This document shows positions 38,680 through 52,091 of a stretch of DNA of 64,000 bases, piece after piece. Origin of the DNA: Amoebidium appalachense (taxonomy: Eukaryota > Protista > Ichthyosporea); NCBI GenBank assembly GCA_963693365.1, contig CAVNZM010000015.1, forward strand, positions 4,595,502-4,659,501, written 5' to 3'. Both the position numbers and the translations under genes were made by a program. Position 1 is the first letter of the stretch, and each line of letters starts with the position of its first letter. The notes below the pieces were generated by a model, which saw only the letters and a program-made list of their open reading frames with translations, ran no database searches and had not been told where the DNA came from.

Positions 38680-39315
38680 CGTACGTACACACACACACAC
38701 ACCCAACCACCAACCCACTCACACACACACACATGTCCGTGCATGCGCACACATACACACACACACACATGCAAATTTATCCTCACGAACCCTGCAAGGA
38801 TTCAATCTGCAAATGGAAATGACGTGTTGCGTGTGCATTACGTACACTTGGCAGTGAACAAACATGGCAAGTAGGCGCAGATACGAAAGGATGTGTCGGG
38901 TGCCAAGTAAAACATCGTTCGTCGTTTGATTTGTAATGGTGGAGTGTGTGTGGGAGAAGGCAGACTGGGTAAACAGGAGCGGGAGGCTGTGGTGCGTGGA
39001 GAGGGGTTGTGTGGGTGCATGTGTGGAAGAGGTAGTTGGGGTGGGGGAGGGGGAGACAAAAGCAAAGGGATGGAGGGGAAGGGGGGCGGCGAGGGTTTGA
39101 CCGCGCCATGAAGTATGAAGGACACATTCTCAACGGACAACACAAGGGAGGGAGGGGGAGAGAGAGAGGGAGGAGGAGAGGGAAAGGTAGAGGGAGAGGG
39201 AGAGGGAGGGGGAGAGGGAGAGGGGGGGGGGGAAGGGGAGGGGGTGAGGGAGGGAGGGATGGGAGGAAGGGAGGGAGGGAGAGAGAGAGAGAGAGTGCGT
39301 GTGTGTGTGTGTGTT

Positions 39316-39358
<43 letters not shown>

Positions 39359-39538
39359 TGTGAGTGTGTGAGTGTGTGTGTGTGTGTGTAAAGGGAGAGG
39401 GGAATACCTGAAAGCCAGAGAGAACAAGTGTGTTTTTGCACTCCGGGCAGTTGGATTTGAAGCCGTCCGGAAAACCGTTGCTGGCCCAATCCTGCCAAGG
39501 GGCCTCACACCACTGCACGGCATGGTCACACACGGGGC

Positions 39539-39580
<42 letters not shown>

Positions 39581-39591
39581 TGATTGTGAGT

Positions 39592-39636
<45 letters not shown>

Positions 39637-40071
39637 GTGGGGAGGGGGGGGGGGGGGGGAAGGGAGGGATGTGAAGGTGAGAGTGAGTATAAGCATGAGC
39701 GTGAGAGTGAGTGCCAATGTGTGCATGCGCATGTCTGAGAGTGGGCAACTTTATGAGAAAATGATCGTGTGTGTGTGTGTGAGTGTGTGAGTGTGTGTGT
39801 GTGTGTATGTGTGTGTAACTCTTGGGTCCGAAGAGTGTACGTTTGGGGTGTGTGTGTGATCCATCCTCTCCCACGATAGCCACTCAACCATAAGCAATAT
39901 ATTCCCACCCCTTCCCTTCTTCCTTGCCTGCCCCTCCTATCCTCTCCCCACTCCTCCTGGCCTCAATCTGAACTCTTTTACACACACATGCATCCCCCCC
40001 TTCCCACTCCTCCACACACCCACACCCACCCCATTCGCCCCTCGTGATTCTACAATTGCCCCCAATCCCCT

Positions 40072-40131
<60 letters not shown>

Positions 40132-40207
40132 GTAGTCACACTTGTCCCTACAATTTCCAACTCCCCACCTTCACATGAAAGAAAGACATCCGTCCAAACT
40201 CCCACTT

Positions 40208-40244
<37 letters not shown>

Positions 40245-41221
40245 ACCCACCCCCCACCCCCACCCCCCTCTCTTTCACCCCCCCCACTGGGCAAACCCCC
40301 CCAACCCCCTTCCCGGCCAAAAAAAAAAAAAAAAAAAAAAAGGAATCCCACCCTATTCCCTACCATGACTTGTACCTCCGCCCTCTGCCTACCCCCAACC
40401 ACTATTGCCCTGCCTGCCCTCCCCCCTCCCCCTCCCCTCCCCTTCCCCCCTCCCCCCTCCCCGCCCCCTCCTCCTCTCCCCTCTCCCCCCCTTCTGCCCC
40501 TCAGCACAAACTACTGACCTTTACCCCCCCGCCCCCCCCCTCTCCCCCCCAATTCCCTGGTGCAAAAAAAAAAAGAAAAAACAATAAACTTATCCTCCGC
40601 ACCCCCCCCCCCCCCCCCCCCCCCCCCTTGCGCCCCCTCCCCCCCTCCCTCCCCTTCTCCATTCCCCCCATCCTTCCCTCCCCCTCTCCCGTCCCAAACA
40701 ATTCCCTCCCCCTCAACCCCCCCCCCCCTTCCCCATCCACCCCTCCCAACCCTTACCCTGACTTTTACCTCCACCCTCTGACCAGCACCCAACCACTTCC
40801 CCCCCCTCCATTCATCCCATAAACAACCCCCTCCCCTGCGGCACAAAAGAAAAAACAACCCTCCCCTTTCTCTCTCTCTCCCCCTCCCCCCCTCCCCCCC
40901 CCCGGACAAAAAAAACAAACAAACCCTGTATTCCTTACCTTCACTTTTACCTCCACCTTCTGACTAGCGCCCAACCACTGCCCCAACCCATACGAAGCCA
41001 CCGCCGCAGCCACGGCAAGGGGTGCGCCCGCCCCCCCCACAACCACACTCACAGCCCCCAACGCTAGACCGGCAAATACACCCGCAAGACGGCTGGGTTT
41101 GGCTACGGGATGGGTGGTGACGGGGGCGGACTGGATCGTGTGCACCTGCTAGTAGTGCCTGTGATGGGAGGGGGAGGGTGGGGGAGGTGGGGGCGGGGGA
41201 GGGTGTGTGTGTGTGTGGGGT

Positions 41222-41265
<44 letters not shown>

Positions 41266-41756
41266 AGAAGAAGGGAGGAGGAGAGGGGGGGTGGGAAGAG
41301 AGAGGGGGTGGTGGGTGGGTAGGTGGGTGGGTGGGGAAGAGGGTGGGTGGAGGGAGGGGAGGGGGGGGGGGCGGCGGAAGGGGGGGAGGGGCGGGGGAGG
41401 GGGGAGGGGAGAAGGGAGGGGGAGCGGGGGGGGATGTGTGGTTGGCTGGGTCGGGGTGGTGGGGTCGGCGTGGGGTGATAAGGGGGGGGGGGGGGGGGAT
41501 GTGTTATAGCGTGCCAAAAACGCATTCACGACAGACAAAACAATGCAGATATTGTATTAAAAAAAACAGCACACACAAGGAGGGTGTATCACTAGTAGAG
41601 CCCATCCTCAGGCGGAAGCTAAGTGATCCACAGTACGATACCTCCATTTTGGCCCAATCACCTCGCCTAAGACTTCGCATTCGGAATCCACAAGGAGGAG
41701 GGGGGAGGGGGGAGGGGGGGGAGGGCGGGTTGGGGGAGGGGGGGGTTTGCGCGTGT

Positions 41757-41814
<58 letters not shown>

Positions 41815-42596
41815 CTGCCTGCCTGCCTCGCAATTATATGCTTTCCGAGGAACATACATATGTGTCCGCGGCGGGCGGCGGATCAGATTCCCGGATTAAA
41901 CACTAGCAGGCCCAGATCGATAAATGTCATATGTCGCCAACATTTTACTCGATATTGCAACCGCTACGGCGGCCAAAACCCCATACACGCTTAATCGTAA
42001 ACATGTAGGAAACAAAGACGCTCATTTTGGTACCAAACTTTACTACATACAAAACAAAACAGCAAACTTTCACTAAATAAAACCTTGATGCACACCCCCT
42101 TTATAGGAGCCGAAATTCGAAATAATTGGACTGTCTATCTGAATTGACCAATCAAATGCGCCAACTAAAATTCGTAGTATCCCCCCAACGGCACCACATC
42201 GGACTGGCAATTTTGGCTTCCAGCGCCGCCGGCGCCAGCGGCGTGTTACTACAAAACCAAGTCTTACTTAGTAGAAGTTTATGTTTTTTTTTTTTGCGCT
42301 TAGCAACGAATGATATTAAAAAACGCTCCGTTTAATTCTTCGCGTTTTGAGCCTAGGTTTGTAAGGTTTATAGTACCAAAAAAGCGGTGTTTATTATGGA
42401 TGAAAAGGGATTCGCGCCTATCCAGCCTGCTAGATTTTATTCAGCAATCTGGCTCGCAGACACATCTATTATCACCCCATGTGTGTGTGCCTGCCTGCCT
42501 GCCTCGCAAGTGTATGCTTTCCGAGGAACATATTATCACCCCATGCCTCATCTTCTATTCCTCCCTCCCCCCCCCCCCCCCCCCTCTTTTTTTTTT

Positions 42597-42665
<69 letters not shown>

Positions 42666-43699
42666 ATTACCAGTGGCTTCTTGCTGTATGGATGAAACTG
42701 ACCGAACCGCTGACCTCTTTCGGCAACCTGGAAAGAGGAAAAAAACAAAAAAAAAAAAAAAAAAGAAAGAGTGAGACAGGATGCAGATGTTTTCTTCTCC
42801 GAGCCTTTCACCATGCAAGGACCACTGATGTTGAGCCGAAAGAGGGGAACATGAAAGCAACCGGTCGGCAGGCTTTTGGCAAACAACAAAAAAAAAATGA
42901 GAATGGAAGAGAAGAGGCTGGCATAATAGCAGCAAGCGTTTAGTTGCGGTCTCAGCAATAGTAGAAAAGGTAGTAGTGTGTAGGATAAACAGCTCAAGGA
43001 GAAGAGGGGGAGGGGAGGTGGGGGCGGCGGTGGTGGTGGTGGTGGGGGGGGTGGAGGGCGATTGCTTACCCGTCTATTGCGTACTTTGCCACCGCCCGTA
43101 TACGCCGACATGGATGTTTGTGGAGCAGTGGGGCCATCGGCAATGGTCAAATAGTCAGCAAAGAGAGTTGGTAGCTTGGGAAGAACTTTGCTTGGTTCCC
43201 CACCCATGGAAAACAGCTCTTCAGGGCGCGCTAATTCGTTCATGCTTGGCTGTGTCATATTTTGTGTTCCTGGATGGGGTGCGTTGGAAAGTGGAACAGT
43301 AAATGGCGGCTTTTCACCGAAAGAAACGGTTGAGCTGCCCCAAGCGCTACCGAAAACCGGTTCTGTTTTTACCGGAAGAGCTGGAAAGGAAGTCCCTTCA
43401 GCACACACAAACCCCATGGGGCGATGTTGATGCAAAAAGGCAGGCTTTCCCAAAGCGCCACTGCTAGGATCGGAAATTTGGCTGCTTGAAAACCTCCTGG
43501 GATCGTTTGGAAGTGGTGGTGGCATGGTTGAATTAAATATACTTGGTTGAAAGGAGAACGGCGGTAGGGTGGAGGGAGGCAGTGGGGGAGGTTGGGTGGC
43601 TGGGGTGTTTGCTTCGTCTTTTCTGTTGGAATTTGGAAATGGGATCGCGCTTGCTGGGCTGCCCCAGGTGGCCTGTGGTGTCTTAAAGGAGAAGGACAT
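38421..43699 (-). CDS. Unknown protein: Phe/Pro/Ser-rich N-terminus, Gly/Ala hydrophobic hairpin, two C-terminal zinc-ribbon-like modules. Exons 43699-43049, 41145-40939, 39539-39408, 38986-~38845, 38545-38421
   Basis: ATG at 43699 and GT-AG introns in compatible phase. Peptides [44 protein letters not shown] and CHVC..FTCP..CSW. The exon 4 donor position is ambiguous. Confidence 0.65.
41857..42466. mobile_element. MITE-like ~610-bp insertion with imperfect terminal inverted repeats in intron 1 of the unknown gene
   Basis: Left end ATGTGTCCGCG..CAGATT..AAACACTAGCAGGC is an imperfect inverse of right end GCCTGCTAGATTTT..AATCTGG..CGCAGACACAT. It interrupts, at a TA, one of two tandem ~64-bp units, and the second unit (42481-42545) shows the empty site. 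Confidence 0.55.
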
Positions 43700-44851
43700 T
43701 TTCTATATATGACGATACGATGGCAGTAAATTAACTGAAGAAATTGAAAAGTCTACAAGGCTTTCACCAAAGTAAAAAAATTGCTGTGTAATCGGGCCGC
43801 AACAGGTTCGAGCCCCACACGAAAAAACCGTCATCAGCGTATATGCAATGGAATACAAAGCTGGTCAAAGCTAACTCTTCGTCCGTAGCTAACTCAACTC
43901 GCCAACTTGCAAGTCCTTCAGAATGCTGAGTCATCGAGTGTGTGCATCACATGAACAGCTGTTTCAACGACCTCGATACTGACACCGTTGACTCGGACTA
44001 TATCGAAGTCACTCAGACTCGCTCCTAGTCCTCTACAGACTTCGATATTGACATAACTGCAACGCTGAGTTGACAATATCGAGGTGGCTCCTCTCTACAA
44101 GATCATGCATGGAGTGAAACGTTTTTACAGGAAGAAAAGACTTTAATAAAAGCATGAATTCATATTCCTTGGCCGGGCTTGTCGGTGGGTGATAATGACA
44201 CTGGGAACTGCACGCCCACACACAACCAAAAATGAAGGAGGGTCGACACCATTGTGCCATGACACACCCACACTGTAGTCATTCTGGCAACACATCCGCA
44301 CATCCACGTGCACAAGTCTTGACATCACTAAAACAGGCCCCTCGTATCAACCATTAGACCTATTAACACCATTGTGTGCAAGGATGAATGAAGCACTTCT
44401 GGGTGCACGTCTTCCGACTGCCGATGTGTGCGCTTCAGCTCCTACTCCTCCCTCCCCGCAAAATTTTTTTTGGCAGGTTGATGTGCATGTACGAGATCAG
44501 ACTGCCAAAGTGTGCTCATAGCGCGTACCCCCCCCCCCCCCCCCCCCCCCCCCAAAAGCACCACACGTGGATGTGCACGTTCTCGAACCGGATGCACATG
44601 TAGCTTCTCACTTCCCCCCCCCCCCCCCCCCCCCCGAAAGGTGCAATATGGGTATCTACACGAGCGTGTCTCCCAAGCGCCCAAGTGTGTGCACCTTCCT
44701 CCCCCCCCGGTTCTTCCTTTGACCAAACCACGTCGCCACACCACAAGTGCGCAATCATTAGAAACAGGCAGCAAGACCGAAGATACGGGAACCGCCAGAG
44801 CAACCAGCACTCTGCCACACAGGCACCACCCCTGCTTTATTGGGTCTGCAC

Positions 44852-47220
44852 TTAGTAGAAGGTGTTGGGGCGCTTGGCAAGGTACGTGGCCTTGTGCACC
44901 TTGCTGGGGCGCAGCACGCGGTGCGGCAGGGGGAAGCGCACCTTCTGGTCGTGGAACTGCTTGATGTTGGCTCTGTGCGGGCACAATATGTAAGCATGTG
45001 AAGTGTGTGTGTGCATGCTTGAGTGCAAAAAGGGAGAACAGTGCTTCTCGTTCTCTATCTGTGTGTGTGTGTGTTTTCGTATGCGTGCGCACGTGCGTGC
45101 ATGCAATATCCAACACCAGGGTGGCCAGGGCTTGTGGGCACGTGCAGGAGTGTGAGTGTAGGATTGCTCAAGCTAACCTAGAACTGTGTGCATGTGAGTG
45201 TGCCTGAATTGCTTGGTGTTGATATTGGTGCAATTGGGTATGGTGTGGTGTGTGCGTGTGGATGTGTGTACACCGGAGCCGCCTACTTGCATATACAGTG
45301 GGACAGGGCGTCCCTTGCTGAAAGATGTACGTTTGCAAGCATGACGAGTTAATGTGCATGCAGACTTGATGTATGGATGCACAGAGCCTGGCAACGTAAG
45401 TGCACGCATGCAAACAACCCATCGACTAGCATGGACATGCACACAGCAACGGTGCTTGGAATCTTTCGTAAGGCGATGCTGTGTAAAAAAGTGTCGTTCT
45501 GAGCTTGCATAAAGCTGCATGCTGACATTTCTGGCTCCTAACTCAACAGCATCCCGTGTTCTGTTATCGAGCTGAAAGACGACGGTACTACTAGCGCTGG
45601 GAGCTAGACGAGCTAAAGAACTATCCATTAAGAATGGTCGAGTAGATGAGCGAAAGTGAATCCAGCAAGAACAAGCCCCGACTGGCAACGGCTCTAATCG
45701 TAGACGAGCTCCTGCTGAGGCGCCTCAGCCCTGCAGGCATACAAGAGACACCCATCTAGTGCAGCACCATAAAAAGGAGAGGAAACGAAACGAAAGACAC
45801 GGAGGCAGGAATACAAGAGGAAGGGCATGTTGACATCAACAGGGCATCAAGAGAGCCATCAAGGGAGGTGTTGATGGGTGGCGGGTGCACAAGTAGAAGC
45901 ACGAGAGAAGGGGATGATGCAGCAGCAAGCATTACACACCTGCGAGTCTTGGCGGCAGGGATCTCATCGACCTTCACGATCTGGATGGACTGACCGCGAG
46001 AGCGATGGCGGGCAGCCATGTCCTGGTAGAGGGACGCAATGGCACCGGTGACAGTGACATCACGGTACTCCTTGTACATGTTGTGCGTGCCCGACCGGGA
46101 GTCGTAGCGGAGCCACACACCGAAATTCTTGATCCGGAGGGGGGACTTGTCGAAGATCTGAGGGTGATTAAGAAGTGGTAAGCAAAAAAATTTGACGCTC
46201 TGCCACTGCTCCACCCCAAAGCCCCCACCCCGGCGACACTTTCGCAATTTTCTCTCTTCATCCCTCTTGCGTGCCATCCCCCCTTCCACCCACACCGCAC
46301 TCTCTCCTGCTGGCAGAACGGCCGGAAATCACTGTCCCACCATTTGCCTAACCGAAATGGTCGCCGAAGAAATCTTATTCAGGTCTTCAACTCCTAGGAA
46401 CAACTAGAGTAAGGAGAACCGGCCATGCGAATCTAGCCTCACCATAAGAGAGACTCGGGCTGTCTGAGAGTTTCCTGCACCAGGTGGCTATCCCACAGCT
46501 GCTGAACCTTCGTCGCGAACGTAACGTGTGCACGTTTATCTATCCACAAAGTGTGAAACGAGTTACACTGAAGTGGCCTGGCCCTGACGATAACCTGACA
46601 CCCGAGGTTCTCGTACCGTAAGAAACTTGAACTGAACTACACATGTATCAGCCGCCAAGGTCCTGGCAGCAGAAAGGTCGAACCTAAGTTCTAATTAAAA
46701 GTAGCCCCCAGCCCGACGATTCGAGAGGCCAAAACCGTTTCTGCTCCGACTTCTTGAATGCGGGTGTTGAAAGGGCCAACTCACATCACGGCACTCAGCC
46801 GTCCTCCTGACGACCCATACCTGTAATAGCTAACGCCACTGCCCCTTCCAGCACCCTACCCTCTCACACACTCAGACATACACACCCCACAAAGGCACAC
46901 AGACCCACCCAACACATGCACAATAACTCACCACACGGACCTTCACACCCCACTTCCCCATCCCCTGCCCCGGCTAACCACCACACGTGCACCTGTATTG
47001 CACTACACGTTACACCCGAACCAGCAGGCACGCGTCTTACCTGGTTGCAGGAGAGGATCTCACCCACAGCGCGCTTGATCTTCTTCAGCTTGGTCAGGAA
47101 ATACCAGAAGCGCGAGCGGGCCACCACGGGGTTGGGGGCAAACACGCGCATGCGGTAGATCTTGGTTTGGGGCTCCTTCTCGGTGGGGACCTTGCGGCCC
47201 GTCACCTGATACTCGTTCAT
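44852..47220 (-). CDS. RPL18A: 60S ribosomal protein L18a (eL20). Exons 47220-47041, 46157-45939, 44972-44852; a short upstream exon is possible
   Basis: Peptides [56 protein letters not shown] and [27 protein letters not shown] junctions are in phase. Confidence 0.97.
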
Positions 47221-47619
47221 CTGTTGGGTTACGGGTGTGTGAGCAAAACATGCTCTGGGCCCCCGAAAAAGCCAGAAATGTGATGGAGAGTGTCGATGTT
47301 TCTATGATTGAACGATGCTCCATACAGCTACCGAGTAAAACGCTGTGATACCATTTTCTCTCAGTCCCCTACTCTGGTAATCGTCATTAACCACCGAAGT
47401 CCACCAAAAATAAAAAGGACTCGTAACCCGGGAAAACGCTCAAGAAAAACAAATCCTGCATAGTGAAAGTTGCTGCATGTTCGTAAAACAAAAAACTGAA
47501 ACTGTCCATGCACCTCATGGGCTCATGGGTGTATAAGCCTCCGTCCTGTTCCCGACCGCAAATTCGTGACCATCTCAAAACGTAGACCCGCAAAGACCTA
47601 ATTCTAACCCGTTGCTGTA

Positions 47620-50176
47620 TGTCCTGCAATTCAACACGGAAATGCGTGCTGCCGTAAAATCCACTGTGCCACTCCCAGCTGTCCATTGTATTTCACAATA
47701 TATGCCGGAGACTTGAACTATGAGGTCCTGGAAGGAACAGAAATAGGCCATGTTGGCCCATACACATCCTCTCTCCGATTCTGCATTTGCCTTCAGTCCC
47801 AGCCCATAATTGTGCTGCTGCACTCGGCAACCATCCTCCGCGCCCGCACCGAGAACTAAAAAAATTCGATGCTGACGGATTGATGATTTCCCAGCAGGAT
47901 TCATTCTGGATTTCCAACCCGCTCTGGTACCAGGCACTGATCCGCGGGTGTAATCAAGCTGCCCTAAAGAGAGACTACTATCACATCTTTGTCCAGAAAA
48001 ATCCGTTCACTATCCGACGCATCCGCCATATAAAAAAGGTAAGGGCGAATAATCTGCTGTGCTACTGTAACACCAAGTGTTTTCCTACACGGACCTTCTT
48101 AGAGATCGGCATTTTCGGTGTTTGCGAGGTCCGCACACACAGCCCCACAAAAGAGACTAAACGTGAGGTTTCGTAACAGTTTTGTGGGCGGCGCACACAG
48201 GAAGGCAAGATCGATGCTGCCGGCTGCTGATTGGTAGATCTTTATGGTATGTGCTGTTTATACTTTGGCATGCGTACCAACATTCCAATGTTACTTGATC
48301 CGCAGGGGCGAAAATTTTTCCTTTTGACTGGATTTATTCGACGAAAAGACATGCAAGTATGCACGGCATACTGAGAAGACAATAAAATCTTCACGAGTTA
48401 TCCAGTAACAAGTGCATACTGAGATACCTGAACACTGTGTGAAAATCATATAAATACTCAATGTGACGACCAACAGAATTCAACAAAAAGTCTTAAGTGT
48501 TCACATTGCCAGCCAGTGTAGCAGACACCCATAGGGAAAGAGGTAGAACGCGACATAAAAACTCACACCTATCAACATGAAAAAGTTCAGCACAAAAGTG
48601 GCACCAGCGGCGATGGAAACAAGAATTACAACGCCACTGCACAATTTCCCAGGCAATATCAACATCAGAGCACCATACAGACAGACTTATCTACTAGAGT
48701 GGTATCCATACGTACATCAGGAGAAATGTATCCTGCCAAAGCTCCCAAAAAGCGATAATGATCAGTACGGTGTTGCCTAAGGAACATAACACATGCTGAC
48801 TGAGTTTTACCTTTGATTTCTCTATCAGAACGAGAAAGAAACTTATACTGCGTATGGTAATAACTCGAAAAGGCAGAAAAAACGGGAAGAGAAAAGAAAG
48901 AGGGAGTGAGATAGCGAGAGGAAGAATCAGGTTGAAAGAGGGTAGGCTGAGGACATTCAGAAGTGGCGTTGGTGAATCGGGGGGGAAGAGGGATGGAGGG
49001 AGGGGGGGGGAAAGAAAGCATAAAGAGGGTGACCATCAGGTATCCTAAATAAATGAAAACAAAAACGAAGAGACAATTCCTCCATACGACAAACAGCAGA
49101 CGAATTTAAACATACTGATTAAGGGAGGCACAAACCGAGTACGAAACAATGTGCGCAGCGCAGTACCCTGAAAATCGTCTAACTCTTTCAGCGCCACGGC
49201 CGCCTCGCGAGGTGGGGCGCAGGCCAATAGCGGAAGTCCACATTCGAAAGTCGGCCGTAAAAAAGTTTTATAGTAGAGAAGAAGGTTCGCAGGATGGATC
49301 ACAGACTCCCGTTCAGTTCAAACATATTTGACACGATGTGAAGCTTACCATTCGCACGAGCGATCCGTGCCGTGAGGAGCTTGCGGAAATCAATACCCCG
49401 TGCAGTAAAAGGAATACCCAAATAGTCATAGATGCTCTGAACGAATAGGAAGACCGGCCAATCGAAAGGAAGCGTTTTTTTCGAAAAAGTAGCACACTTT
49501 GCAATTCCAACTGTCATGAGATTCTCGGTGCACCATTGATCCACCTGACGAAGCATCTGGTGCATGACGTCTTCGGTTAAGGAACAAAGAACAATATCGT
49601 CCGCAAAAAGGAGACCCAGTACACGGCGGGTATGCAGTTGGCCAAAAGGTTCGAGGGCGCAGGCTAAATCGTCGATGAAAACGTCAAACAACAACGGACT
49701 CAGGAGGGACCCCTCCAAAGACCCCGAGAACGAGAAAAATCGGGCGTTAATGTTCCATTGACAGCCGCTCGTCCGCGAGTGGTTTCGAACAGGGCTTGCA
49801 GAAGACGGCCAAAGGGGGCTGGTAAGCCCCGCATAGCCAGCTTATGCCATAACAAACCAGTGGGTACGGTGTCGTAGGCGTTCTTAAGGTCGACGAAGAC
49901 AACGTGCGGAGTGCCAGAAGTAATGGATTCATGGAGTAACAGGCTGTGGGTATAACACGAATAGGCATGACGAAAGCCCCCTTGAAGGGAAGAAAGACGG
50001 AACACGGCTTTTAAAGAATCGTCGGTGTTAAACGCGCGAAGCATGCAACCCTCGCGAAAATTCACGTTTGGATGGTATTTTTCCAGGCCCCGACATTAAG
50101 TGACTCAGATGCCATCATTGAACACCAGATAAAGTCAACATTCGTTTGAACTACTACTGAGCTCACAGGGTACCCC

Positions 50177-50216
<40 letters not shown>

Positions 50217-51907
50217 CCCGCCCCTCTCCCCCCTCCCCCCAAGCCCCCTGGGGAAGTGGGTGGCCGGTCTCCCCATTATAACTTAGTGACTATCCCCCCC
50301 TCCCCCCTTCCCCCCCTCTCCCCTCCTCCCCCCTCCCCCTCTCGCTCCCCTCCCTGCACGGGAAGCAAACTCTCGTTTTCCTAACTTACCCCCCGGGCCC
50401 CTCCCCTCCCCCTGCCCGTCCCCTCCCCCCTCCCCCCTCCCCCCTCCCCCCTCCCCCTCCCCCCCTCCCCCTCCGTCCCCGCCCTTCACCCCCTCCCGCT
50501 TGGGCAGTGGTCTCTCTTCTTCCCAAACCCACCAACCCTTGCCAGCCCACTGGCTTTACTCAGTGGAAGTGCATGTTTATGGGTGCAAATTCTTTGCAGG
50601 CACATGGCACTCTAGATCTGCCCAATTTATTGAAAACACAGTACTACCGTACGTGCGTCGGACATGTACATGTGTGCAACTTGAAGTTCAGTAAAACCCA
50701 GTCCGTGGTGCTATGTGACAGTGTTTTCAAGGTCATGTGGATGGGGGCTGCAGGTTGGGGTTTAGCTCGTCGAGGTGACCCAGCGGCAAACCCTCCCCCC
50801 CACCTCCCCCTTCCCCTTCCCCCCTCCCGGCCCCCCACTCAGTTGGTTATTAGTATGCCCTTAGCCTTACGAAGAATGATCATACGACACAGCAGTGCAA
50901 CAATCGCAGATATACACAACGTGGGCTGCACTGCTCGTTAACGGCAACGAGATTTTACTCTCTAGTTACATATGCCCTACCTTCCCTCTACGTACCCCTG
51001 CGGTTCCCCTCCCCCCCCCCCCTCCCCCCCCCCCCCTCCCCCCAAGTTTTTCCTCCATCCGCCCTGGGTTTGGTACCCCCCCCCCCTCCCCCCCCTCCCC
51101 GAGGCTCCCACCACCCCCAAAATCCTTTTTCCCTTGACGGGTCGAGCGCCAAAGTTTTTACCTGCCCCTAGGCCTTTTAAATCCCCTAATCCTCCTCCCT
51201 CCCACACACAGTAGTATACCTGGGTAGTTTATTCCGAGTGCTTAACCCGGCCCCGGTTTGACTTCAACATGATGACGAACGGTAGATTATTGGGTTTGGT
51301 CCTGTGGTGTTGTAGGGGGATGGGGGTGGAGGGCGGCGGTAATAGCTGTACATCATACACTGGGAATTGGAGGAGAAAGGGGGGGGGGGGGGGGGGGGAC
51401 AGGAGCATAATTATCCTTGAGTCCTTCTCTGTCCCAGCTCGAACCTCCCTTGTTCCTCCTCCGTCGAATCCCACACACATACCGTGTAATACTAAGTATA
51501 CTAAGTGCAGGTTCAACATGCTGGGTCCGAGCCCTGAAATCGAATGTGGTCCTAGAGAGCCAAAAGCGATTGGTACCGAACCGCGCGGGACCATGGCAAG
51601 AGGAGAGGGGGGGGAGGGGTGTAGGGGGAGGGGCGGGGAGGGGGGAAGGGGGGGTGGGGGGGTGGCTCTGCTATGTTCATCAGTCGGAAAGCATTCCCTG
51701 TGCAGGTGAGCAGGTGTCATTCTTTTTGGCATTGGCTCCATGCTGGAGTATGCCATGACTCGTCTCATCAGATTCTTCACTTAGTCTACTAAACTGCCCC
51801 TCCTCCGCCCCCACCCCCACCCCCCGGCCCTCCGAGTGCCCCCCCCCACCACCACCACCACGACCACCACACTGTGGCACACATACATGCACGCACGCAC
51901 GCACCCA

Positions 51908-51956
<49 letters not shown>

Positions 51957-52058
51957 TAATTTTACCCTCCAAACATTCACCAAGGACTTGCTTCCCGTAG
52001 CTAACCTTGTCGCCAGCCTTACCAGCTCTGAACGATGCCTCTGTCCATCAACTATATT

Positions 52059-52091
<33 letters not shown>

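Noticed and set aside
42467-42545. 49-bp retroposed insert with a 15-bp TSD (TATTATCACCCCATG)
   Set aside because: Better explained as a tandem ~64-bp duplication whose first copy is interrupted by the inverted-repeat element.
43785-43825. B-box-like GGTTCGAGCC suggesting a tRNA
   Set aside because: I could not build a cloverleaf, an acceptor stem or a properly spaced A box.
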